Source: an uncultured archaeon (GTDB taxonomy: Archaea > Aenigmatarchaeota > Aenigmatarchaeia > Aenigmatarchaeales > Aenigmatarchaeaceae). From it: 64,000 nt of DNA. Shown here piece after piece: positions 1 to 8,446 of this stretch. A program made the translations under genes and the position numbers. The stretch covers positions 171,696 through 235,695 of the forward strand of contig CAZSPB010000001.1 in assembly GCA_964608725.1 (NCBI GenBank), written 5' to 3'. Below the pieces are notes generated by a model. It saw only the letters and a list, made by a program, of their open reading frames with translations, made no database searches and was not told the DNA's origin. Position 1 is the first letter of the stretch. Each line of letters begins with the position of its first letter.

Positions 1-408
1 TAAAGCATCTCCTACATTTATTGCAATATCTTCACCAAAAATTAAATGCAAAGCTGGCTTCCCTCTTCTTTCTTCACTCATGTCTTCAATATCATCGTGG
101 ATTATAGTTGCATTATGAATGAGTTCAGGTAAAATAGCGAAATCTACAACATCTTTTGGGTCTCCACCTAAGGATTCATAAACTAAAAGAAATAAATATG
201 GTCTCCACCTTTTTCCACCTCTTTCTAAATAATCCCAAACAGGTTTTGAAATACCTTCTGTTATTGTTTGTGGTGTGTATTTAAATCGTGGCTTTCCAAG
301 CATGAAATTAAGGTGTTCTTCATTAAACTCTTTTGGAATATATTTTTCAATTGTTTTATCTATAAGAGGTTTAAATTCTTTTAACAACTCTTTTATTTCA
401 ATATCCAT
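1..408 (-). CDS. Geranylgeranyl diphosphate (polyprenyl) synthase, N-terminal part; C-terminus lies beyond the window start
   Basis: Minus-strand translation from the ATG at 408: MDIEIKELLKEF...LIHNATIIHDDIEDMSEERRGKPALHLIFGEDIAINVGDA. Shows the first aspartate-rich motif DDxxD followed by RRGKP, typical of short-chain trans-prenyltransferases. Confidence 0.75.
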   Translation of the reverse strand, partial: MDIEIKELLKEFKPLIDKTIEKYIPKEFNEEHLNFMLGKPRFKYTPQTITEGISKPVWDYLERGGKRWRPYLFLLVYESLGGDPKDVVDFAILPELIHNATIIHDDIEDMSEERRGKPALHLIFGEDIAINVGDAL

Positions 409-503
409 TCAACCACTGCAACTAAATTTTGTTCTATAAACTTATAAAAATAACCACGACAATTCTAGAACAATTTTATTATCAAAAAACTAAAATACTT
501 TTT

Positions 504-1637
504 ATGAAATTAATGAAAGTTAAAGAGGGAAAAATTGAACTTTTCGTTCCAAAACCAAAAAATGGAAAATTTTCTAAAAAAACTATGCCAGTTTTCTTTA
601 ATCCACAAGCAGAGCTCAACAGAGATATTTCTGTTTCAGTAATTCAAGTATTTCAAAAACATTTCAAAAATAAATTAACAGTTTGTGATGCACTAGCAGG
701 AACTGGGATAAGAGGATTAAGGTACGCAAAAGAAGTAAAAGGAATTAAAAAAGTTGTTTTAAATGATAAAAACCCCATAGCTGTAAAACTTATAAAGAAA
801 AATATAAAAGAAAATAAGTTAACTAGAAAGTGTAAAGTGAGTAAAGAGGATGCAAACATTTTATTGAGAAAAAATGTTTTTAATGTTATTGATATAGACC
901 CATTTGGTTCTCCAGTTAATTTTTTAGATTCAGCAGCTCGTTCTATTTATCATAAAGGCTTTCTTGCTGTTACTGCTACTGATCAAGCTCCACTTTGTGG
1001 AACTTATCCTTTAACTTGTTTTAAGAAATATGGTATCATTTCACTTAAAACTGATTTTTTTGCTGAACTTGGTATGAGAATTTTAATTTCTCATATAATT
1101 TTAACTCTTTCAAAAAAAGATAAAGCTTTTTTTCCTCTTTTAGTTCATTCTACAAAACATTACTTTAGAGTTTTTGGAAAAATAGAGCATCTCGGAAAGA
1201 TAAAAGAACTTCTTAAAAGTTTTGGTTTTGTAATGTATTGCAAGTGTGGTAATAGAGAATTTGGTAACATAAAAGAAAAATGTAATTGCGGAAAAAAGTT
1301 TAAAGTAGTAGGCCCAGTCTACCTAGGTAAAATTTTAGATAAAAAATTTTGTAAAGAAGTTCTACTTGATTTAAAAAATAGAGATTTTAAACTCAAAAAA
1401 GAAGAAGAAAAATTATTGAACTTCTTAGTAGAAGAATCGGAAATGCCGCCATTTTATTACGATCTCCATTTTTTAGCGAGAATTTTAAAAGTTAAAATTC
1501 CAAAAATTAATTTCTTAATAGAAAAATTGAAGGTTAAAGGGTTTAAGGCAAGTAGAACTCATTTTTGTTTAACCGCGATAAAAACTGATGCAAACTTTAA
1601 AACTTTAAAAAGAATTCTTAAAACTATTTCGCGGTAA
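504..1637 (+). CDS. trm1: tRNA (guanine26-N2)-dimethyltransferase Trm1
   Basis: The ORF track gives 429..1637. The likely start is ATG 504 (MKLMKVKEGKIELFVPKP...NPQAELNRDISV...DALAGTGIRGLRYA). This is the Trm1 family N-terminus and SAM-binding motif, with a CxxC...CxC zinc cluster. Confidence 0.75.
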   Translation: MKLMKVKEGKIELFVPKPKNGKFSKKTMPVFFNPQAELNRDISVSVIQVFQKHFKNKLTVCDALAGTGIRGLRYAKEVKGIKKVVLNDKNPIAVKLIKKNIKENKLTRKCKVSKEDANILLRKNVFNVIDIDPFGSPVNFLDSAARSIYHKGFLAVTATDQAPLCGTYPLTCFKKYGIISLKTDFFAELGMRILISHIILTLSKKDKAFFPLLVHSTKHYFRVFGKIEHLGKIKELLKSFGFVMYCKCGNREFGNIKEKCNCGKKFKVVGPVYLGKILDKKFCKEVLLDLKNRDFKLKKEEEKLLNFLVEESEMPPFYYDLHFLARILKVKIPKINFLIEKLKVKGFKASRTHFCLTAIKTDANFKTLKRILKTISR

Positions 1638-1833
1638 AAATACCCTTTCTAGTTTTTATTCTATTAAATATAGGACATCTACCAACTTTTGTCCAATAAC
1701 ACAAAGGCCCTAAACATCTCTTTGTGCCAGCATAATAATAACAAAATTTTACAGTTCTCCCATTTCTTATAACTACTGGCCTTTGTGGTTTAAGTTTCTT
1801 AAACATGAAACTGCCTCTTTTTGTTACTAACAT
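1624..1833 (-). CDS. Hypothetical small Cys-containing protein
   Basis: 69-aa ORF convergent with trm1 and overlapping its 3' end by 14 nt. Basic, 5 Cys. No family recognised and it may be spurious. Confidence 0.2.
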   Translation of the reverse strand: MLVTKRGSFMFKKLKPQRPVVIRNGRTVKFCYYYAGTKRCLGPLCYWTKVGRCPIFNRIKTRKGIFTAK

Positions 1834-1886
1834 GTAATAAATATAGGAATTCTTATATTTAAAACTATTGGTCAGTAGTAAAACCT

Positions 1887-2183
1887 TTATTTCCTATGGA
1901 AATCAAAAAGAAACTTTTTTAAGTTAATTTTTTCTTTCTTCACTTCTATACCATCTTTTTTTAACAGTTCTATTTTCTTCTTTACACCTAAACTATAACC
2001 ACTTATTTTTCCAGAAGAATAAATGACTTTATAACAAGGAGCCTTCTTTGGATCATTCTTACTTAAAAGTTTACCAACAGCTCTAGGGTGAATTTTAAGC
2101 TCTCTTGCTAATATTTTGTATGTAGTTACTTTATTTTTAGGAATTTTCAACAGTAATTTTTGTAATCTTTTAGCTGTATTCAT
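1887..2183 (-). CDS. Methylated-DNA-protein-cysteine methyltransferase (MGMT/Ogt) C-terminal domain-only protein
   Basis: KVTTYKILARELKIHPRAVGKLLSKNDPKKAPCYKVIYSSGKISGY matches the MGMT DNA-binding/active-site domain (..TY..IA...G.P.AVG.A...NP...PCHRV...G.LGGY). The active-site PCHR is replaced by PCYK. Confidence 0.55.
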   Translation of the reverse strand: MNTAKRLQKLLLKIPKNKVTTYKILARELKIHPRAVGKLLSKNDPKKAPCYKVIYSSGKISGYSLGVKKKIELLKKDGIEVKKEKINLKKFLFDFHRK

Positions 2184-2343
2184 ATTTTATAAGTGTTCTT
2201 ATGAAAACATTTAAATATGCTGGGAGAAAAGGCTCTCAAAGCCCTAGGAAGAATATCAAAGCGAGATAGAAACGTAAAGGAGATAGTAAAAAGAAAAGGC
2301 GATAAAAGAGTTTTAGAAATTTGTAACAAATTCTTCAGAAAGT

Positions 2344-2913
2344 TTAATATCTTCTAACAGGCCCTGCAACAAACAATCTATATCTTATATTTTTATCTTC
2401 CAATTCTTCCATTATTCTTTTCACTATAGAATTAACAGGATCTGGCATTAATTTTATCCTTTTCTTTATATCTTCAAAACTTTTGAAAGGTTCTTTTTTT
2501 CTTTCATTTATAATATCCCACATATGTTTTTTTCCAACACCAGGTAACAATTCTAATTGATGAAGTCTTGTTGTTATTGGTCTTGCATTGTTAAAGAAGT
2601 CAACAAATCTCTTTTCATTTTCTTTCACAAGTTTTTCAACAACTCCAGGTAATTCAGATTTTGCAAACGATGTTAAGTCGTTTATATTTATTCTCCTTTT
2701 TATATGATCAACATGATCTCTTTTTGCATTACCTATATAAATTCTATCACCAGGTTTTAAACTCACACCTTTTCTTATGACTACTTCTAGTAAAGAGAAA
2801 TATTTTTCTCCTATTACTTGTGCTAGAGGCTCTGGTTTACCCGTAGCGCGGCCTCTAGGGAGGAAATCCAATACTATTACATTTTCATCCTTAAGAAGTG
2901 GCATAGCTATCAA
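2344..2913 (-). CDS. DUF655/COG1491-type predicted nucleic-acid-binding protein
   Basis: 189 aa. Sits in the conserved archaeal position between rpoF and (normally) ksgA. C-terminal helix-hairpin-helix-like LPGVGKK motif. Confidence 0.45.
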   Translation of the reverse strand: MIAMPLLKDENVIVLDFLPRGRATGKPEPLAQVIGEKYFSLLEVVIRKGVSLKPGDRIYIGNAKRDHVDHIKRRININDLTSFAKSELPGVVEKLVKENEKRFVDFFNNARPITTRLHQLELLPGVGKKHMWDIINERKKEPFKSFEDIKKRIKLMPDPVNSIVKRIMEELEDKNIRYRLFVAGPVRRY

Positions 2914-3245
2914 CTATACTTCTTGACTATTTCTAAAATTTTTTTTATTTCTTCTTCTTTTAAGCTAAATCTTTCTTTTGCAAATATTAATCTAACTTCA
3001 TCAGGTGTTTTTGGAAGAATGTTTAATATTTGTATTGCAGTTTCAGGAGACATTCTTAAAACATTTGAAATTTCTTCTAAGAATTTTTTTGATTTTTCAT
3101 AACTCAGTTTAGTAAATTTTCTTAAGTATTCTAAAGCAATTTTTTGCTCATAACTTAAATCTTTTCTATTCTCATAACTACTCATAATCTTTTTTGCTTC
3201 CGGCATTCCAACAGGCTTTATTTCTAGAATTTTCATAAAAATCAT
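2910..3245 (-). CDS. rpoF: DNA-directed RNA polymerase subunit F (Rpo4/RpoF)
   Basis: 111 aa. DLSYEQKIALEYLRKFTKL...AIQILNILP...KKILEIVKKY matches the archaeal Rpo4 consensus (ELSYEQ..AL.YL.KF.KL...ILP...IL.IV.KY). Confidence 0.8.
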   Translation of the reverse strand: MIFMKILEIKPVGMPEAKKIMSSYENRKDLSYEQKIALEYLRKFTKLSYEKSKKFLEEISNVLRMSPETAIQILNILPKTPDEVRLIFAKERFSLKEEEIKKILEIVKKYS

Positions 3246-3261
3246 TTATCAATATTAATTT

Positions 3262-3546
3262 TTAAACTTTAAGATGTTTTTTTCTCACACTCTTTCCAGG
3301 TTTCACTATTCTATGAAATCTAGCACAACTTGGGCATACATATATTTTTTGTCTGAATAAATGAATTTGATGACGTTTTACTTGTTGACGTATTAAGGGA
3401 TCCGAAATTCTAAATCCTCTATATTTTACAAAAGTTTTATATCTAGGTACTTTTCTTCCACAATACCCACATGTTACCATCACTTCTTTTCCTCTTCTTT
3501 TCGTATGTGCATAAGTTCTTTTGTAAGGAGCAGTACTAATTGGCAA
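3262..3546 (-). CDS. rps26e: 30S ribosomal protein S26e (eS26)
   Basis: Two zinc-knuckle segments, CGYCGRKVPRYKTF and KIYVCPSCARFHRIV, align with eS26 CTNCARCVPKDKAI and KLHYCVSCAIHSKVV. Size and basic composition fit, as does the position next to rpoF. Confidence 0.6.
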   Translation of the reverse strand: MPISTAPYKRTYAHTKRRGKEVMVTCGYCGRKVPRYKTFVKYRGFRISDPLIRQQVKRHQIHLFRQKIYVCPSCARFHRIVKPGKSVRKKHLKV

Positions 3547-3636
3547 GTTCTCACCTCTTTAAAATATTGTTTCACGAATATTTATAAAAGAAAGCTTAAA
3601 TAATCTTGAAATGATTTAATTCTAATAGGTGTTATT

Positions 3637-5082
3637 ATGTTTAAAGAAAAATTGAAAAGAATTGATGAATGTTTATGGGAACTACCTAAAGGAACAAAAC
3701 CAGGAATGAAGGTACCAGCAAGACTTTTCTTGTCTGAAAAACTTTTGAAAATAGTGGAGGATGGGGCTATAGAACAAATAGCAAACGTTGCCTTTCTACC
3801 AGGAATCCAAAAGTATTCAATAGCACTTCCTGATATGCATTTTGGTTATGGTTTTCCAATAGGTGGAGTAGCAGCACTAGATTATGAGGAAGGAGGTTTA
3901 TCACCTGGGGGGATTGGTTTTGATATTAACTGTGGGGTCAGGTTACTCAAAACTAATTTGAGAGTAGAACAAATTAAATCAAAGTTAAAAAATTTGCTTG
4001 ATTCGCTCTTTCGAAACATTCCTTCAGGAGTAGGAAGAAGTGGAAAGCTTAAGCTTACTCTCTCACAATTAGATGAAGTTTTAGCTAAAGGTGTTAAATG
4101 GGCGATTAATAACGGTTATGGAAGAAAAGAAGATTTTTTTCATATAGAGGAAAATGGTTGTTATCCAGGTGCGAACCCAGATAAAGTTTCCTCAAAAGCT
4201 AAAAAGAGGGGGGCCCCCCAACTGGGAACGTTAGGAGCTGGGAATCATTTCTTAGAAATACAGAAAGTAGACAAAATTTATTTACCAGAAGTAGCTAAAG
4301 TTTTTGGAATTGAAAAGGAAGGTCAAGTTATGGTGATGATTCATACCGGATCTCGAGGTTTTGGTCACCAAGTTTGCACAGATTATTTACAGATATTGGA
4401 AACCAGATTTAGAAATGAAATTAGAAAGTTGCCTGATAGAGAGTTAGTTTACGCTCCTGCTGGTTCTCAAGAGTGTGAAGATTATCTTCAAGCTATGGCT
4501 TGTGCTATGAATTTCGCATGGACTAATCGTCAATTGATCACCCACTGGACAAGAGAGAGTTTAGTTAAGACATTAGGAATGAAAGAAGAGGACATAGGAT
4601 TGGAAATAATTTATGATGTAACTCATAATACAGCAAAAATAGAAGAGTATGAAATTGATGGGAAAAAAAGAAAAGTTTTTGTTCATAGGAAAGGGGCTAC
4701 ACGAGCTTTTCCACCCGGAAATCCAGAAATACCAAGTGATTATCAAAAAGTAGGACAACCAGTTTTAATCCCAGGGAGTATGGGCACAGCAAGTTATGTT
4801 TTAGTCGGGACTGAAAGTGCAAGAGAAACTTTCTTTTCAACTGCTCATGGAGCTGGAAGAGTTATGTCAAGATCCAAAATGTTAAAAGGTTTTAGAGGAG
4901 AAGAAGTTGCAAGAAAATTGTCTCAAAGAGGTATTTTATCTAAATCAGCAAGCTGGAAAGTTATGGCTGAAGAAGCTCCTGAAGCTTACAAAGATATAGA
5001 TGAAGTAGTTAGAGTTACACAAAAGGCAGGTATAAGCAAGATTGTAGCAAAATTAGTTCCTCTTGGTGTTGTGAAAGGGTAG
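3637..5082 (+). CDS. rtcB: RNA-splicing ligase RtcB
   Basis: 481 aa. Conserved RtcB metal- and GTP-binding motifs: GFDINCG, HTGSRGFGHQV, NHAGAGR-like HGAGR, and ending LVPLGVVKG. No intein. Confidence 0.9.
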   Translation: MFKEKLKRIDECLWELPKGTKPGMKVPARLFLSEKLLKIVEDGAIEQIANVAFLPGIQKYSIALPDMHFGYGFPIGGVAALDYEEGGLSPGGIGFDINCGVRLLKTNLRVEQIKSKLKNLLDSLFRNIPSGVGRSGKLKLTLSQLDEVLAKGVKWAINNGYGRKEDFFHIEENGCYPGANPDKVSSKAKKRGAPQLGTLGAGNHFLEIQKVDKIYLPEVAKVFGIEKEGQVMVMIHTGSRGFGHQVCTDYLQILETRFRNEIRKLPDRELVYAPAGSQECEDYLQAMACAMNFAWTNRQLITHWTRESLVKTLGMKEEDIGLEIIYDVTHNTAKIEEYEIDGKKRKVFVHRKGATRAFPPGNPEIPSDYQKVGQPVLIPGSMGTASYVLVGTESARETFFSTAHGAGRVMSRSKMLKGFRGEEVARKLSQRGILSKSASWKVMAEEAPEAYKDIDEVVRVTQKAGISKIVAKLVPLGVVKG

Positions 5083-5089
5083 AAAGTGG

Positions 5090-5506
5090 TCAGATATCAA
5101 GTATAATTCTGGCCTTCCATTTATCATTAATTTTCTTAACTTGGAGTTGATGATAGGTACAACTTTTGACTTCAGTTCTTAATTCATGTTTTTTAGGGTC
5201 TATTTCTTCTCCTAGGCAATTTGCTTTTAATTCTAAATTATTTTCATCAATTTTTACATTAAATTTCGAAAAAGCTAAATTTTCTGAACCATAAAAAACT
5301 AGCAGTTCGTTTAACCAATTAAACATTAAAGATTCCAAATCATTACCTTTAACTTCTACTCTTTTCTCAACTTTTGGCTCTACTTGTTTTGTGTTTACCA
5401 TTACTTCGAACATTGCTAATGCTGCACTTTCAAAAAGTTCATTTAAATCTTTTCCATAAGCTTCAAATGCTACATCCGCTGTTGTGATGTCTACGAACTT
5501 AAACAT
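5090..5506 (-). CDS. Archease (RtcB cofactor)
   Basis: 138 aa. MFKFVDITTADVAFEAYGKDLNELFESAALAMFEVM is the canonical archease N-terminus. Convergent with rtcB. Confidence 0.8.
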   Translation of the reverse strand: MFKFVDITTADVAFEAYGKDLNELFESAALAMFEVMVNTKQVEPKVEKRVEVKGNDLESLMFNWLNELLVFYGSENLAFSKFNVKIDENNLELKANCLGEEIDPKKHELRTEVKSCTYHQLQVKKINDKWKARIILDI

Positions 5507-5507
5507 A

Positions 5508-6068
5508 TTAACCTCCTATTGGAGTGTAGTGTAATGTTACTGTATGAGGTTTGTCCATTAGAATGTTACAACCACTTTGATAACCTTCACATTCACTAAA
5601 CTCACAATTTTCTCCATCGACTTCCCACTTTACCACTCCACTTCCAGAAAGATAAGCTGCAACTGTGCAAGCTAGAGAATCCTCATCTGCTTGAACAGAA
5701 TAAGGTGCTTCAAGAGTTACATTAATTTTTTCTCCATCAAGATAATAGCTTGTAAAAACTTTCAATCCAGGAGGCAAAGACTCTATACTCAAAGTATAAT
5801 TAACTTTAACAGTGTAATTAGAAGGTTCGCCACCACTTGTGCCGGGAGTGGTAGTAGAAGAAGTGGTTTTATTTCCCTTTTTATTTTCTTCTACAGTTTG
5901 AGTAATGTTTCCTGATACTTTTTCAATTTCTGATTTCGAAATATTTTTTTCTTTCGTTTGATTTGTTTTTGGCTTAAAGAGTTGGGAAGAAGTAGGGAAG
6001 AAAAATGTAATTAACAAAAGTAAAATTATGAAGGCCAATATAACTAATAAAAATTTTTTGTTTAGCAT
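5508..6068 (-). CDS. Membrane-anchored secreted protein with Thr/Ser-rich linker and Cys-rich C-terminal domain
   Basis: N-terminal TM helix, many N-glycosylation sequons (NIS, NIT, NKT, NYT, NVT), TSSTTTPGTSGG linker, 6 Cys in the C-terminal 60 aa. Confidence 0.4.
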   Translation of the reverse strand: MLNKKFLLVILAFIILLLLITFFFPTSSQLFKPKTNQTKEKNISKSEIEKVSGNITQTVEENKKGNKTTSSTTTPGTSGGEPSNYTVKVNYTLSIESLPPGLKVFTSYYLDGEKINVTLEAPYSVQADEDSLACTVAAYLSGSGVVKWEVDGENCEFSECEGYQSGCNILMDKPHTVTLHYTPIGG

Positions 6069-6093
6069 AAGTAAAGAATATTTTCAGGAGTTT

Positions 6094-6924
6094 TTATATG
6101 TTCTCATAAGAAGATAAAATTTTTTCTTTATAGGAAGGAGCAAAATTTTCAATTTCAACTTTAATCTCATTTACCACACTTTCCCATTTCTTTGGAAACA
6201 TTTCTTTAAAATCTTTTGCATAATTTTTCCAGGTTGTATTTATATAATCTTGAAGTGTTCGTAAGTAGCCATGATTCACATGCTCTTCTACTTCTTCTTC
6301 AATTTGACGATGGATAAATTTACTTTTTGCAAGTATAACTGGAACTTTTTCTTTTTCAGAACTTCTTTCAAAAACTTCTCTTTCATGTTGTAATAGTAAT
6401 GGTAGGTTTCCATTTTTTGCTATCATAAAGTTGCTTAGCATTTTACTTGGTGGTGCTACACAATCTTCATGAACTTCATAATCAAAATTTTTAATAAATG
6501 TTAATTTTGGTAACGTTGCCATGAATGCCCTAGCTAATTCCCTTCTATAATATGGTTTGATTTCGCTTCTCACTACTAGAAAAAGATCACAGTCTGCATG
6601 TCTGCTTGCTACTTTAAAAATTTCTCCTTCTATTTCTTTTTCAGAAAGATCATGAAAGTTATTTTTTGTTTCAATAAACTCTTTAATGTTTCCTAAATTA
6701 TCTTTTATTGAAAGGCTCCCAACCATAATACAAATTTCATATGGATTTCTATAACCTCTTGAAGAAAATTCATTTTCTATTTTCTCAAAACTTTCAGTTA
6801 CGCCATAAGTAATTTCAGGTACTCTTAACAACTTTTCTCCTTGAATTTCTAGCATTAATTCATAATTTGATAAAAGTTCTTTCTTCGACTTACCTTTCTT
6901 AAAAATATTTAATTTTTCTAGCAT
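6094..6924 (-). CDS. Hypothetical protein (276 aa), no recognised family
   Basis: Long ORF with balanced composition, co-directional with and downstream of the TrmB-like regulator. Confidence 0.4.
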   Translation of the reverse strand: MLEKLNIFKKGKSKKELLSNYELMLEIQGEKLLRVPEITYGVTESFEKIENEFSSRGYRNPYEICIMVGSLSIKDNLGNIKEFIETKNNFHDLSEKEIEGEIFKVASRHADCDLFLVVRSEIKPYYRRELARAFMATLPKLTFIKNFDYEVHEDCVAPPSKMLSNFMIAKNGNLPLLLQHEREVFERSSEKEKVPVILAKSKFIHRQIEEEVEEHVNHGYLRTLQDYINTTWKNYAKDFKEMFPKKWESVVNEIKVEIENFAPSYKEKILSSYENI

Positions 6925-6933
6925 TCTCGAACC

Positions 6934-7782
6934 CTACTTTAACTTTTTTATTAATTCGCCAGCAGGCAAAGCTTTTTCCCAAAGGAGGTAGAAATAATCT
7001 CTAAAAGCTTTTGCTATTAATTTGCTATTTAACACCATGCCAGAATAATCAGCAATATCTTCTGACCAATGGACACCATCTTTTAACTCTTTTAAATTAA
7101 CACCAGGTTTAGGAACTTTTTTTATTAAATAAACTTTTTTACCATCTGCTATAATTCCTCTTAATTCATTTCTATAATCATCGAAATACTTCAGCTCTGC
7201 ACCAGTTTTCAATGCTTTTTTTATGTTGGGTAAAACTTTTTTAAAACAAATGATTTTATACTTTATACCCCTTTTTACAGCTCTTTTTATATCATTTTTT
7301 CGGAGGTCTATCCAAGAAAGATCTCCTGCAAAAACCAAAAATTCTTTTTTTACATTCCTTTGAATTTCATCCCAAATTTCTCCTACATTCATTCTTCTAT
7401 AAGTTAGAGAAAATGTATCTTCTTTTTCTATACCGCTTTCTTGTGGAGATAAATTTGAGACAAGTTTTAAAAATTCTGAAGATATGGCATCTATACTTCT
7501 TATCTTTTCTCTCATTTTTCTTTTTTCATCTTCTTTTAAGATTGAGAAGAATTTTTTAAGGTTAATTATTTTAAAAGTTTGAGGTCTTGTTTTTGAAATT
7601 ATTACTAAACCTTTCTTTGCTAAACTTTCCATCGTATCATAAACTCTTGGAAGTGGTATTTTTCCTAAAGAAGAAATTCTCTCTGCAGTACATTTTCCAA
7701 ATTTGATTAAAGTTAAACATGCTCTGGCTTCATATTCTGTTAAACCCAATTGTTTTAACAATACTTCTGGTTTTTCATTCAT
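6934..7782 (-). CDS. TrmB-family transcriptional regulator
   Basis: N-terminal winged HTH LKQLGLTEYEARACLTLIKFGKCTAERISSLGKIPLPRVYDTMESLAKKGLV resembles TrmB-type sugar regulators. A C-terminal effector-like domain follows. Confidence 0.55.
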   Translation of the reverse strand: MNEKPEVLLKQLGLTEYEARACLTLIKFGKCTAERISSLGKIPLPRVYDTMESLAKKGLVIISKTRPQTFKIINLKKFFSILKEDEKRKMREKIRSIDAISSEFLKLVSNLSPQESGIEKEDTFSLTYRRMNVGEIWDEIQRNVKKEFLVFAGDLSWIDLRKNDIKRAVKRGIKYKIICFKKVLPNIKKALKTGAELKYFDDYRNELRGIIADGKKVYLIKKVPKPGVNLKELKDGVHWSEDIADYSGMVLNSKLIAKAFRDYFYLLWEKALPAGELIKKLK

Positions 7783-7941
7783 TAACTCACCAAAAATTTA
7801 ACTCTACTTAACGGAATATAACCTCAAACTATAAAAAGATTTTTTCATGAAATTAAAAATTCGACAATTACCGTTTTTTTATTTACTTTTACTACTGGAA
7901 TTGAGTAAAGTTTTTTAAAAAAGAAAAAAAATATAAATAAT

Positions 7942-8445
7942 ATGGAAAGAAGCAAGAAAGTAATATTTGTAAGTCATTGTCTTCTTAATCAAAACACGAT
8001 GCCAATTGGTGTTGAAAAATATCCAGGAGCAGTAAGAGACTTGTTAGAATTGTTTGCTGAGGCCGGAGTTGGCATAGTTCAACTTCCCTGTCCTCAAATG
8101 GAATTTGAAGGACTTAACAGAAAAGCCAAATCAAAAGATTCATACGATACGGATGGTTTCAGATCTATATGCAGAAAAATTTCTTCAAAAATAATAGAAG
8201 AAGTTGAAAAGTATTTGAAAGAAGATTACAAAGTTATTGGCATACTAGGTGTTGAAACATCATCAACTTGTGGTGTTCATCAAGTAAGAAATGGAAATAA
8301 GAGTGTTCCTGGAAAAGGGATTCTAATTGAAGAAATAGAGAAAATGATGCAAAGGAAAAATTTTCAAGTTCCTATAATTGGAATAAATCTTAACAATGTC
8401 TACAGTTCTCTTGAGAAAGTCCAATCTTTATTAAAATTTTTATAA
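7942..8445 (+). CDS. DUF523/TudS-like conserved-cysteine protein (paralog 1)
   Basis: VIFVSHCLLNQN...QLPCPQMEFEGL...ETSSTCGV is a three-Cys pattern reminiscent of DUF523 [4Fe-4S] desulfidase-like proteins. Paralog of 20351..20776. Confidence 0.4.
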   Translation: MERSKKVIFVSHCLLNQNTMPIGVEKYPGAVRDLLELFAEAGVGIVQLPCPQMEFEGLNRKAKSKDSYDTDGFRSICRKISSKIIEEVEKYLKEDYKVIGILGVETSSTCGVHQVRNGNKSVPGKGILIEEIEKMMQRKNFQVPIIGINLNNVYSSLEKVQSLLKFL

Positions 8446-8446
8446 T

